A stretch of DNA of 59,936 bases from a virus: positions 1 to 59,936 of the IMG/VR virus record IMGVR_UViG_3300045988_033553; one strand, given 5' to 3'. Numbering within the stretch: the first letter of the stretch is position 1; the number at the start of each line of letters is the position of its first letter. A program made the translations under genes and the position numbers. Of this stretch, positions 8,910 through 17,682 are shown piece by piece. The notes below the pieces were generated by a model. That model saw only the letters and a list, made by a program, of their open reading frames with translations, was not told the origin of the DNA and did no database searches.

Positions 8910-9298
8910 CTAAAAAACTCCTCCCTTACATCAACAATCTGTCTCGTCTGTCCCAACAATGCCCGATTATGCTTTGCCCTCTGCTCGTTATCACAAATGA
9001 ACTGTTTGCATATTTCCGGTCGCACCGGATAGATTCTGCATTTCTCACAACTCTTATCTGTATCAAGAAAAGGGCATGTCATATCATATGGTCGCTTCAC
9101 AGTAGGAAGCAGGTGCCTACACTCTTTGATATGGTTCTTACGGATATATCTGTGAATTGCATCTACTTCCTTTCTGCTCATTGGCAAAAGGTTGGAACAG
9201 CAGTTACCGCATTGGCTACATTTTCCATCTTTGCAGAAATTGTAAATGTTATCTTTCATGCCTTTCTGCACGGATTCTAAGACTGATATAACTTCCAT
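8906..9298 (-). CDS. YkgJ-family cysteine-cluster protein
   Basis: CSQCGNCCSNLLPMSRKEVDAIHRYI plus a C-terminal CPFL...CxxC is typical of YkgJ/UPF0153. Confidence 0.7.
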   Translation of the reverse strand: MEVISVLESVQKGMKDNIYNFCKDGKCSQCGNCCSNLLPMSRKEVDAIHRYIRKNHIKECRHLLPTVKRPYDMTCPFLDTDKSCEKCRIYPVRPEICKQFICDNEQRAKHNRALLGQTRQIVDVREEFFR

Positions 9299-9301
9299 AG
9301 G

Positions 9302-9622
9302 CTACTCCAATTCTTCCTCTGCTGGGAACTGGAAGACACCTCCAATAACAGCTTTAGTCATTTTATCATTCGGAATATCATTGGCTTTTTCTTTGCCAAG
9401 CAACACCGTATTATGGCACGCATACGCATATTGCAGTTCTTCCATAGCTTTCCGCGCTTTTTCTTTCGCGGAATAGACCGCAAGTTTCACAAATAAAGAA
9501 TTTTTTTGATCACTTAGAAGTCCGTCAATGCAATACTCTATTTTGCTTACGTTGCCACTGAGAGTAATTATTAACCTTTCATAAGGTGCATCCAATGTGC
9601 CATCTTGTGATATAACTCTCAT
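9302..9622 (-). CDS. hypothetical protein, 106 aa
   Basis: Intact ORF, co-oriented. Confidence 0.5.
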   Translation of the reverse strand: MRVISQDGTLDAPYERLIITLSGNVSKIEYCIDGLLSDQKNSLFVKLAVYSAKEKARKAMEELQYAYACHNTVLLGKEKANDIPNDKMTKAVIGGVFQFPAEEELE

Positions 9623-9632
9623 ACGACCACCT

Positions 9633-10739
9633 CTAATCTTTCATGAAATCTGGCAAATTCTCGTCATCCTCTGCCGGTTCAACAACTTCCGCTTCGACTG
9701 CTGCACTCTCGACTTCCTTTGCTTCCGCATCTACAACAAAATCCTCTGAATTGGCATTTTCCGCAATTTCTTCCTGCGTCTGCTGATAAGTTTCATCCAT
9801 CTGCATAAGAGACTGTTTTGCAATAGCATTGAGGTCTTTTGGATGCTTTTTGATTGCATTATTACGCATCTTGCGGACAATCATGGATTCCGATGTATCA
9901 AGCCATGCAGCACTCATGTATGGTCTTGCAACTTCACAGGCAAGCATATCTTCAATAGTCTCACAGTCTAAAATTGCTTTCAGAACTTCATTTTTCTTTT
10001 CTGCGATAGCTTTCTTTTCTTCATCCGTAGCATCATATCTCGTTCTAGGTACAACCTTTCCACTCTTATCTTTTTTTGTTCCAAGTAAACCGAAAGTCTC
10101 ATTCATCAGATTATTACGAACATGGGCGAAAAGATTTCCTTTTACGCTTTCACGCTCTGCGATCATGTACTCGATTTTTCCATCATTCATTTCAACAGGA
10201 TAAACAACACGGATTACTTTCTGTGATAATCCTTTTTCTTCCCACTCCGGCGGTGTAACTTCAACACCTCTGTGCTTCGGATATGTAAATTCATCCCCTT
10301 CTTTCACAAGCCATACTGGATATACCTTTTTAACATCAACACCAAAGTTACGAAGAAGTGCATCGTTGCCGTCTCCCTCGATTCCCATTTCTACTTCCTT
10401 GTACCAGTTTCCATTTGCATCCTGTTTACTTCTCAACTGGAAATAGCACTCTCTTGGTACAGCATTGGCATTAAGCTGAAGACTTGATACCTGTCCAATA
10501 ACCTGTCTCAAATTAGAACCATTCAAGTTGCTCATAGCGGCTTTGTTAGATGTAACAAGGTTGTAAATTGCACTCATAGATGCCATAGCACACTGCTTGG
10601 AATAATCATCAAACACAAGTCCATGTTCCGCAAAGTCACGCTCCATAAGTCCTGTGTACTGGTTCGCATAATAAGAAAGCTGTGTATTCATTTCCTGTTT
10701 TCCCTGTGCCGCTACTTCCTGTTTCTTTGCTTCCGCCAT
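9633..10739 (-). CDS. RecT-like single-strand annealing protein, putative
   Basis: 368 aa, acidic C-terminal tail. The central region resembles the RecT pattern (ECYFQLR...EMGIEGDG...VWLVKEGDEFTY...VIRVVYPV). Sits in context with SSB, ATPase and nucleases. Confidence 0.5.
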   Translation of the reverse strand: MAEAKKQEVAAQGKQEMNTQLSYYANQYTGLMERDFAEHGLVFDDYSKQCAMASMSAIYNLVTSNKAAMSNLNGSNLRQVIGQVSSLQLNANAVPRECYFQLRSKQDANGNWYKEVEMGIEGDGNDALLRNFGVDVKKVYPVWLVKEGDEFTYPKHRGVEVTPPEWEEKGLSQKVIRVVYPVEMNDGKIEYMIAERESVKGNLFAHVRNNLMNETFGLLGTKKDKSGKVVPRTRYDATDEEKKAIAEKKNEVLKAILDCETIEDMLACEVARPYMSAAWLDTSESMIVRKMRNNAIKKHPKDLNAIAKQSLMQMDETYQQTQEEIAENANSEDFVVDAEAKEVESAAVEAEVVEPAEDDENLPDFMKD

Positions 10740-10741
10740 AA

Positions 10742-11131
10742 TTATTTTTCCTCGCTTTCTTCTAAATCTTCCAAATACGTTTCTTCGTCAAACCAATCTT
10801 CCGGCTCATGCTCTGCACAATAAGGAAAGACGGGTTCTCCGCCATAGCATCTAACATCCTTAGGACAATCAGATTTATATATGCAATAATTGCATATTGT
10901 TTCTTCATCCAAAGAATTTACATCTACCTTCTGTGGATTCTCATACTTCCTTACAACTGCCACCTTATCAGCACCGTAGGTATCCACCCACTTCATATCC
11001 ACGGTTTCATCCGTAACGGTCAGCTTTGCACCTTTGGCATTTACAACGGTATCTCCGGCTTTTACAGAATCCTCGGTGCGGTATGTGTAACTTCTTGTGC
11101 TGTTTGGAAATTTTGCTTTGATATAATTCAT
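10742..11131 (-). CDS. hypothetical protein, 129 aa
   Basis: Intact ORF; acidic C-terminus. Confidence 0.5.
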   Translation of the reverse strand: MNYIKAKFPNSTRSYTYRTEDSVKAGDTVVNAKGAKLTVTDETVDMKWVDTYGADKVAVVRKYENPQKVDVNSLDEETICNYCIYKSDCPKDVRCYGGEPVFPYCAEHEPEDWFDEETYLEDLEESEEK

Positions 11132-11385
11132 TCTGATACCTCACTTTCCGCTACTTTCTTTTCCTTTTCGAATTCTTCTTTACTGCAAATCAATAATCCA
11201 CCAATATAACTATCTGGCTTTGTGAGTAATCCTGTAACAATTTCATTTGGCATAGCGATCGCCACATTTCCCCATCCGTCCTTGCCACTATTAGCAGATA
11301 TGATATTGGATAATGGGGAAAACTTTAAGTCCTTGTTATCCTTCTGCGACATTCGCTCCATTATTCCTAATGCTCCAATGCTCAT
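11128..11385 (-). CDS. hypothetical protein, 85 aa
   Basis: Intact ORF; 4-nt overlap coupling. Confidence 0.5.
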   Translation of the reverse strand: MSIGALGIMERMSQKDNKDLKFSPLSNIISANSGKDGWGNVAIAMPNEIVTGLLTKPDSYIGGLLICSKEEFEKEKKVAESEVSE

Positions 11386-11561
11386 TTATACACGCCTTTC
11401 TTTCCTTTATTTATCGCGTCTTTTTCACAATACGGAAGAGAACAATGTCCGTATTCCGCAAAATCAAAGAATCCTCTCTTACTTGCACTCTTCCAACGCT
11501 TGCATGACATACACCGCGCATCCGGCTGTGTGACGTTGTTTCCAATTCCTATTCTCGACAT
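11382..11561 (-). CDS. small Cys-rich hypothetical protein, 59 aa
   Basis: ORF 11382-11741 trimmed to MSRIGIGNN to remove the overlap with 11578-12057. Confidence 0.35.
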   Translation of the reverse strand: MSRIGIGNNVTQPDARCMSCKRWKSASKRGFFDFAEYGHCSLPYCEKDAINKGKKGVYK

Positions 11562-11577
11562 TCGGTGTCCTCGCTTT

Positions 11578-12057
11578 CTACAATGTATCCTGATAGAAAA
11601 TTTTTTTATCTTTTGCGAATATAATTGGATGACCATAATAGCCGTTATGTGCATTGTAGACTGCGAATTGTAATGTACCTTTATCTGTTTCAAAGTCGAC
11701 AAACTGAATACCGCCGCATTCTTCGTAATAGCCTGATTCATCTACCTTTTTCTTATTAAGAGCCTTATCTGTAAGATTTACTGCTCTTAATTCTGAACCT
11801 ATAAACTCCTGTTCATCATCATTTAAGTAGAAATATCCCCAGCTTTCACAACAACATTGTCCATTGTCAATCAGCAAAAGAAATTCATGCTTATCCGTTT
11901 TGACTTTGTACCCATCATAAGACGCACCGCCCATTAAACCGCTCATTATCTGAATGATGCCAAGCCTAGACCCATTGCTACCATTTAACGAACCGGTATT
12001 TCCTAAAGATACATTCGTTATTTCTTCGATGCTTAAAATTTTCCCTAACGTTTCCAT
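11578..12057 (-). CDS. hypothetical protein (CCCESWGY / YNAHNGYYGH motifs)
   Basis: 159-aa ORF immediately downstream of the ATPase. Confidence 0.5.
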   Translation of the reverse strand: METLGKILSIEEITNVSLGNTGSLNGSNGSRLGIIQIMSGLMGGASYDGYKVKTDKHEFLLLIDNGQCCCESWGYFYLNDDEQEFIGSELRAVNLTDKALNKKKVDESGYYEECGGIQFVDFETDKGTLQFAVYNAHNGYYGHPIIFAKDKKIFYQDTL

Positions 12058-12058
12058 C

Positions 12059-14095
12059 CTACACGCCCTCCACTTTCAACTGCTTGTCCTCTGAAACACT
12101 CAAAAGAATTAACTGTGCATCCATATCCGGCACATTGAACTCATTCAGCGATTCTGCATTGTCTACGAAAATCGGACAACTAACACCGTACATTTCACTA
12201 AGGGAACGTATAATATCCAGTCCGGCTACGATTCGGTGACCGCTGTTTAATGTCGAATACGGCACGCCATTTACAGTACACTCACAGCAATCTTTCATGC
12301 CGCCATTTAACTGCATTTCAAAGAGTTTGAAATTTACGGTCTTGAAATGACTGTTGATGGATTCAGAAACCTTATCCAGTTTGAAACGAATGAACTCTTC
12401 CAAGAGGTAAAGCATCTGCTCCTGGTCGGCAACTTTCTGCCCGATTTCTTTCTGCTCGTCACGAAGCGTTTCGATACGATCATCAATCGCAACATTGTTA
12501 GCCGCCTGCGCAATAACCTTGTTCACCTCGTCAAGCTGGCTCTGCATATCAGCTTTCTTGGCTTTTAAATCAGTAACAACCTTGTCTGCGCCCTCGGATT
12601 CCAACTTGGCAATATCAGCAAGAATCTTGTCATGTTCTGCTTTCAGCTTCACATATTCTTCATTCTGCGAATAATCAGCTTCTTCTGGGATCTCGGATAA
12701 CAGTTTGCAAAGTTCCTCTTTATTTGTAAGAGTCCCCTGTTCCTGTTTCTTTAAGGAATCTATTTCCATTTGCAGATCAGCATTTTTCTTTGTCAGTTCC
12801 TCGATAAGATTTTTCTTTGCAAACCCATCTGCCTTGATTTCTTCCAAGTTGGATTCTTTCTGGGTAATAAAGTCACTTTTTGAATCATTTAGTTTCCGCT
12901 TTGCATCTGCCTTGGCTTTTGTCTTTCTTTCTTCAAAATCAGCCTTTAACTGCTCAATCTTATCAGCCGGTAACTTCTGACCGCATAAGGAACAAACCGT
13001 TGTAGATTCATCGAATATCCACTTAGATTCATCAAAGAGATACGGGGTTTCATCAAATGCCTTGGCTTTCTCGGAATTATACTGTTCGCCCAGTTTCTTC
13101 CGCTCTGCATCCGCATCAGTGATAGCTTTTTCGTTATCAGAAATCTGTTTCTCTTTCAAAGAAATCGTAACCGCAAAATGTTCTAACTCATTTTTACAAT
13201 CACGCAATTCAGCATCCATGATGCTTCTTTTGTTTGATAACTCGCGATTCATCGTCTGTTCCATGCCGGACATGTCAAACTGTAACTGCATTTCCTTACT
13301 TCTTAAATCGCCCAACGCGCTACCGGCATTCTCCATTTTCTTGCCACATTCAGCGATTCTTCTTACCAGATCTACCTTTGCAAGCTCCTGTTCTGCCACA
13401 TCCACATCAATCTTGGATTTTTCTGCTTCATCAATACGCACCGGAATTTCAGCCTGTTTCTTCTTCCACCCGGATAACGCTTTGGAAAACTTAGCACGGA
13501 TATCATCTGTGGACGGTGCTTTCTCCAACTCGCCGAGTAATGGGGCATACTTAGCATCTGTCTGCGCCAGTTCAACATCCGATACATCCGTTGCGAGGCG
13601 CATCAGAATATCGCGCTGATCTTTCCATTTCAAAGAAGAGAAATACTGCGGATTGGTCAGCATCTTAAACATATCCTCGCTCTGCGCAAGACCGGAAACA
13701 TAAGCTTTGAAATCAGCTTCACTCTTTGGATAACCGTCAATTTCAAATGAATTGACATTTCCCTGCAAAGTCACGGTATCGGTGCCACGCTTCTTTACCC
13801 AGTTCTGCTTCTGAATCTTTGAAAGTTCCATTTCCTTGCCATCTACATCCAGAACCGCTACAACCTTAATCTCCACGTTATCAATGCGCTTTCCGTCCTT
13901 ATCCAGTGGTCGAACATTGAACTTTTCCTCTCCGGCACTGTTCTTATTAAACAGAAGCCATGTAAACGCATCAAAGATAGTTGTCTTTCCTGCGGCGTTC
14001 TGTCCTTTAATACTTGTCTTATTAGAGAAATTCACATCAAGGCTCTTAATTCCCTTGAAATTCTCCATATGTAACGATCTAATTTTCAGTTTCAT
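12059..14095 (-). CDS. Rad50/SbcC-like AAA ATPase with long coiled coil and CxxC hook
   Basis: Start at MKLKIRSLHMENFKGIKSLD; Walker A GQNAAGKTT; ~400 aa of coiled coil; central CSLCGQKL; C-terminal D-loop region IFVDNAESL. Confidence 0.75.
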   Translation of the reverse strand: MKLKIRSLHMENFKGIKSLDVNFSNKTSIKGQNAAGKTTIFDAFTWLLFNKNSAGEEKFNVRPLDKDGKRIDNVEIKVVAVLDVDGKEMELSKIQKQNWVKKRGTDTVTLQGNVNSFEIDGYPKSEADFKAYVSGLAQSEDMFKMLTNPQYFSSLKWKDQRDILMRLATDVSDVELAQTDAKYAPLLGELEKAPSTDDIRAKFSKALSGWKKKQAEIPVRIDEAEKSKIDVDVAEQELAKVDLVRRIAECGKKMENAGSALGDLRSKEMQLQFDMSGMEQTMNRELSNKRSIMDAELRDCKNELEHFAVTISLKEKQISDNEKAITDADAERKKLGEQYNSEKAKAFDETPYLFDESKWIFDESTTVCSLCGQKLPADKIEQLKADFEERKTKAKADAKRKLNDSKSDFITQKESNLEEIKADGFAKKNLIEELTKKNADLQMEIDSLKKQEQGTLTNKEELCKLLSEIPEEADYSQNEEYVKLKAEHDKILADIAKLESEGADKVVTDLKAKKADMQSQLDEVNKVIAQAANNVAIDDRIETLRDEQKEIGQKVADQEQMLYLLEEFIRFKLDKVSESINSHFKTVNFKLFEMQLNGGMKDCCECTVNGVPYSTLNSGHRIVAGLDIIRSLSEMYGVSCPIFVDNAESLNEFNVPDMDAQLILLSVSEDKQLKVEGV

Positions 14096-14336
14096 TTTCT
14101 TTCTCCTTCCACTCTTTATATTTTTTAAGTGCCTCTTCAAAACACGCTTCATCGGCAACATATCCAAGAACAGTCTCAATCAACTCTGCATTGAGAGTCG
14201 TTCCCTTGCTTCCAAACAACTCAATGTCTTTTTTGTGTTCATTTGTGATAATCACGCATGCTGTATGAACTTTCGTCCTGCATGCAACCAGATCTGCATA
14301 TTCCTCAACGGAAATTGTAACGGTATTTTCTGCCAT
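14079..14336 (-). CDS. hypothetical protein, 85 aa
   Basis: Intact ORF between ssb and the ATPase. Confidence 0.5.
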   Translation of the reverse strand: MAENTVTISVEEYADLVACRTKVHTACVIITNEHKKDIELFGSKGTTLNAELIETVLGYVADEACFEEALKKYKEWKEKENETEN

Positions 14337-14337
14337 C

Positions 14338-14961
14338 TTAATTTTCCTCCTCTAATACATTAATTTTGCTTACAGACACCTCATATGCTGTTCTCTGCTC
14401 TTCCGTCCCGTCTTCGTACATCTTTACATACCCACGGCTCTGAATGCGTCCGGTAAGTTTCAAATGCGTTCCAACCGGAAGTCCAGATGTATACACCGCA
14501 TTTCTGCCCCAGACAATGCATGGGATATAATCTGATTTGCCATAGGAACGATTGACTGCGATTAATAAATCTGCAATTTCTCTTCCAAGCGGAGTTTTCC
14601 TGTAAATCGGTTCTTTGCATACATATCCGTCAAGCTGGATTTTGTTCAAATCTGTATGCTCTCCCGGATTTACTTTTTCGATTTCACGGACGAATACATC
14701 TAGTAACAGACAATTTCTCTTTTCCTCGTGTTTGTTATAAGAACGATACACACCGGAAACATTAACGGCAGTGCCCGTGTATTTATCGTTCAGATTAATT
14801 AATCTCTCTGAAATAATTAATGGGATAATATCAGCCGTCCCACTTAATCTATCCACTTTGAGGTGCATATTATAAAATCCCTCTCCAAACACCTCATGGT
14901 TAAATTCCGGCTCTGTGATAATCGTTCCTGTAAGTTTCACTTTATTGTTTTCTGCTCTCAT
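14338..14961 (-). CDS. ssb: single-stranded DNA-binding protein, apparently two OB folds in one chain
   Basis: Two similar halves (KVKLTGTIITEPEF... and KIQLDGYVCKEPIYR...LKLTGRIQSR) with SSB-like OB strings. Confidence 0.6.
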   Translation of the reverse strand: MRAENNKVKLTGTIITEPEFNHEVFGEGFYNMHLKVDRLSGTADIIPLIISERLINLNDKYTGTAVNVSGVYRSYNKHEEKRNCLLLDVFVREIEKVNPGEHTDLNKIQLDGYVCKEPIYRKTPLGREIADLLIAVNRSYGKSDYIPCIVWGRNAVYTSGLPVGTHLKLTGRIQSRGYVKMYEDGTEEQRTAYEVSVSKINVLEEEN

Positions 14962-15010
14962 ATTTGAATTTCTCCTTTTCTTGTGCTAAAATAGGCGCAA
15001 ATAGCTTATG

Positions 15011-15346
15011 CTATTGCTTTGATTGGGAATCATTCAGCTTTGGTCGGTTCGGATGATTCCTTTTCTTTTTCATAACTTCTTTATAACAAGGAAGTTTCTC
15101 TTTATCTTCGTTGCTGTCGCAGATATAAATAATTCCATCGTCTGTTTCTTCATCTTTAAAAACATGATCCTCGACTATTTCTTCTGCTTCTGTCCATCCT
15201 CCTTCGATTTTTGTTCCAAGATAAATCAACAACAAGCCGCTCAACACTGGAATTGCAATGATTGGATTCTCCGCAGCGTCCACACTGATTCCAAGAAAAA
15301 AGAGTAATGCACCGGCTAATTCAATTACCTTTGCTAACTTCTTCAT
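15011..15346 (-). CDS. membrane protein, hypothetical
   Basis: Start at MKKLAKVIELAG; two hydrophobic helices, then an acidic/basic tail. Confidence 0.5.
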   Translation of the reverse strand: MKKLAKVIELAGALLFFLGISVDAAENPIIAIPVLSGLLLIYLGTKIEGGWTEAEEIVEDHVFKDEETDDGIIYICDSNEDKEKLPCYKEVMKKKRNHPNRPKLNDSQSKQ

Positions 15347-15353
15347 AGACACA

Positions 15354-15734
15354 TCACTCCTGCCACTTATAGGAACCGTTGACAATCTCCTCACCATACA
15401 AGGAAACAAAATCTGTTATTAATGCGATAAACTCTGAATTTGTCGGTTTTCCTTTTTCCACTGAAACCGTATAGCCAAAAATTTTGTTGATCGCATTTGT
15501 ATTGCCATTTGTCCAAGTAACTTCTATCGCGTGCCGGATTGATCTTTCTACTCTCCAGACTGTATCGCTGTTTTCTTCTGCAATTTCAGTGTAAAGTCCT
15601 TTAATAATGTGGATAAGTTTGCTTCTATTTTCAAGACATTTCTCAACCGCACTTATTATGTAACCGTAACCCTTAAGGCTATGTTTTACGCCGATCTGAT
15701 CTAATGTCTTTCTTAAGTTCATTTGTCTATCCAT
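15354..15734 (-). CDS. Spo0A C-terminal (0A-box DNA-binding) domain protein lacking a receiver domain
   Basis: [11 protein letters not shown]..., [18 protein letters not shown] and [21 protein letters not shown] align with the Spo0A effector-domain hallmark strings; only 126 aa. Confidence 0.85.
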   Translation of the reverse strand: [126 protein letters not shown]

Positions 15735-15746
15735 GAATACCTCCTG

Positions 15747-16565
15747 TTAATCCTTTCCAACTCCGTATCTGATTGCCATTTCCTTCACAATAGCTGTATA
15801 TCCCTCGATCAACTTCTTATCCTCTGCAATAATATCCACATAGGATAATTTGTCTCTGGTTGATTTACAGATACCCTCGTCTGCCATTCTCCTGCGCTTG
15901 TTAGTCAGCCGCTGCTTCAGATTTACACCCATTCGCTTTGACAACAGTTCGTAGCTTTCGGCTCTTACTTGGCTGTATGCCTGTCCGCCACCAAGTTCCA
16001 TGCTGATTTTTCTTAAAATATTTCCAGTATCATCACGCCATGATGTTGTATCAAGTGCAACCACTTCTCGGATGCTCTCAACTCTCTGTTCCACATGGTT
16101 CAGTTGTTCTGCCTGCCGTTTCTGTTCTAACTGCTGTTCTGCTACAGAATTGAAAATCTTCTGGAACATCTGCAACTCCGGTGATAACTGATTGAGGTCA
16201 ATTACCTTTTGTTTCACACGTTCTTCCAAGGTTGTGAAATAATCTCGTGCTTCTTCTGCTTTCACTCCATTTCCTTTCATAGAAAGTTTCTTTGCAAAAT
16301 GAGCTGTGAGTTTGTAATCATCACGCTTTACAATACCGCCCGTAGGCGTCTCGACATTAATGTCGAACCGCCAAAAATCCTCATTTTCAACGGCAAATTC
16401 ATTATCAACAATGTTTGATTTCGCCCATCTTGAAAACTGTCCCTGTGTCAATTCCAAGAACGCATACAGCTTTCTTGCGGTGGTCATTCCGTTTTCATCA
16501 ACACCAAGCGCAATCTCAATCGGTGTCTGCATTTTTGCTTGTTTTAACTCTTCCGTTTCCTCCAA
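15747..16565 (-). CDS. phage antirepressor (AntA/AntB N-terminal domain, ORF6C-like C-terminus)
   Basis: TARKLYAFLELTQGQFSRWAKSNIVDNEFAVENEDFW ... LTAHFAKKLSM fits the AntA/AntB pattern. Confidence 0.65.
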   Translation of the reverse strand: MEETEELKQAKMQTPIEIALGVDENGMTTARKLYAFLELTQGQFSRWAKSNIVDNEFAVENEDFWRFDINVETPTGGIVKRDDYKLTAHFAKKLSMKGNGVKAEEARDYFTTLEERVKQKVIDLNQLSPELQMFQKIFNSVAEQQLEQKRQAEQLNHVEQRVESIREVVALDTTSWRDDTGNILRKISMELGGGQAYSQVRAESYELLSKRMGVNLKQRLTNKRRRMADEGICKSTRDKLSYVDIIAEDKKLIEGYTAIVKEMAIRYGVGKD

Positions 16566-16615
16566 CTCCTTTCCGTGTTATAATTCCCTTATCATCAAAT
16601 AAGGGAGGTGCTACA

Positions 16616-16789
16616 ATGATTGAAAAGACAATTCATGACTTAGCTGTCACATATGCCAGTTCAAAACTTTCAGAATATCAAATTGACAAACGTGAAGCTC
16701 CACTTTGCGGAAATACAGAAATGTCATCCGAAGAAGTTCTGTATTTAAAAGCGGCATACGATTTTGCTGTCAAAAATCTTTCGGAGTAG
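16616..16789 (+). CDS. small hypothetical protein, 57 aa, antisense-oriented inside the early region
   Basis: ATG preceded by AAGGGAGGTG (7-nt spacing); extended -10 TGtTATAAT at 16576-16584; no minus-strand ORF covers this segment. Confidence 0.45.
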   Translation: MIEKTIHDLAVTYASSKLSEYQIDKREAPLCGNTEMSSEEVLYLKAAYDFAVKNLSE

Positions 16790-16934
16790 GTTCGTACCTT
16801 TCTCCAATCATTGCATGAGAAACAGCTTCTTTTATCACATCATGCTGTTTCTCCTCTGAAACAGACTGCTCAATGCGTTTTAGCGTACCGTCAATACTTT
16901 TTAAAATATTGAGCATTTCTTTTAAAATTCTCAC
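16770..16934 (-). CDS. small hypothetical protein, 54 aa (GTG start)
   Basis: Hand translation VRILKEMLNILKSIDGTLKRIEQSVSEEKQHDVIKEAVSHAMIGERYEPTPKDF, preceded by GGAAAGGAGAAA; tail-to-tail 20-nt overlap with 16616-16789. Confidence 0.3.
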   Translation of the reverse strand: MRILKEMLNILKSIDGTLKRIEQSVSEEKQHDVIKEAVSHAMIGERYEPTPKDF

Positions 16935-16970
16935 TGCATTTCTCCTTTCCAGCAGCTTTTTAAGTTACCT

Positions 16971-17156
16971 CTACTCCAATAAATACTCAATCGTAACCCC
17001 GAAGTAATCTGCAATCTTTTTCAGCTTGTCTGCCTTTGGCTTGCTCTTTCCAGATTTCCAATCTGAAAATACTGTAGGCGCAAGACCAATATCTTTTGCA
17101 ACTCTGTATGTAGAAATTCCTCTTGCCTTTACAAGCTGTTCAAACTTCTGATACAT
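16971..17156 (-). CDS. XRE-family HTH regulator, Cro-like (first gene of the leftward early operon)
   Basis: 61 aa. GISTYRVAKDIGLAPTVFSDWKSGKSKPKADKLKKIADYFGVTIEYLL is a classic HTH_XRE. Confidence 0.8.
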   Translation of the reverse strand: MYQKFEQLVKARGISTYRVAKDIGLAPTVFSDWKSGKSKPKADKLKKIADYFGVTIEYLLE

Positions 17157-17173
17157 TTAAACACTCCTTTCCC

Positions 17174-17202
17174 TTGAAATTAGTTAGAATATTCTATATA
17201 AT
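17174..17202 (+). promoter_or_regulatory. sigma-A-type promoter TTGAAA-17-TATAAT with a 12-bp palindrome TAGAATATTCTA in the spacer
   Basis: Hexamers at 17174-17179 and 17197-17202; palindrome at 17185-17196. Confidence 0.5.
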
Positions 17203-17237
17203 TTTCTTGTAACATTTTGTGAATGGAGGTGATAATC

Positions 17238-17426
17238 ATGAATTCTTACCGCACCATAACTGGCTATTGCCAGACACAAAAGATAACCTACTCCGTTGTT
17301 CTTAATTGCATAGATGCCGGAGATGGAAGTTACTTAAAGGGTACTGTTCAATGTAACTATGTAAAATACGGTGGTTCGTGTGAACAATGCTCCTTGCGGA
17401 ATAATTATCCAGAAAATTTCCGCTAA
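17238..17426 (+). CDS. hypothetical Cys-containing protein, 62 aa
   Basis: ATG preceded by GGAGGTGATAATC; followed by a terminator. Confidence 0.5.
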   Translation: MNSYRTITGYCQTQKITYSVVLNCIDAGDGSYLKGTVQCNYVKYGGSCEQCSLRNNYPENFR

Positions 17427-17431
17427 TTCTG

Positions 17432-17466
17432 TAAGAGCCGAGCAATCGGCTCTTACAGTTTTTAAA
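17432..17466 (+). terminator. rho-independent terminator
   Basis: Stem AAGAGCCG/CGGCTCTT (17433-17440 / 17447-17454), then a T-run. Confidence 0.6.
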
Positions 17467-17584
17467 ATATTCTAACTTTTTATTGCAAATAGTTAGGAAA
17501 TCCGTTATAATATGTTTCGGTCAAGAAAAAATAAACGGTTCCCTTTTTTAATTATGAAATTGCAACCGTTTTGTCAAAAACTAT

Positions 17585-17661
17585 TTATGATTTCATAACT
17601 ATGGTTATATAGTATACTTCCATAGTCTATTTGTCAAGCATTTTTATTTATGATTTCATAA
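17585..17661. promoter_or_regulatory. Two identical operator palindromes TTATGAttTCATAA upstream of the 121-aa XRE gene
   Basis: Copies at 17585-17598 and 17648-17661, embedded in a 20-bp direct repeat tatttatgatttcataacta; imperfect third copy at 17552-17565. Confidence 0.6.
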
Positions 17662-17682
17662 CTATTTTTATTTGGAGGGAAT

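Noticed and set aside
11382-11741. Full-length 119-aa ORF overlapping 11578-12057 by 164 nt.
   Set aside because: The N-terminal 60 codons overlap the upstream gene out of frame and look non-protein-like. It was trimmed to the internal Met (11561).
16361-16367. Spo0A 0A-box 7-mers (TGTCGAA/TTCGACA), e.g. 16361-16367, 18428-18434, 46665-46671, as possible targets of the phage Spo0A domain.
   Set aside because: A 7-mer is expected about 7 times by chance on both strands of 60 kb. The few hits I saw are not evidently enriched or positioned. A proper count is needed.
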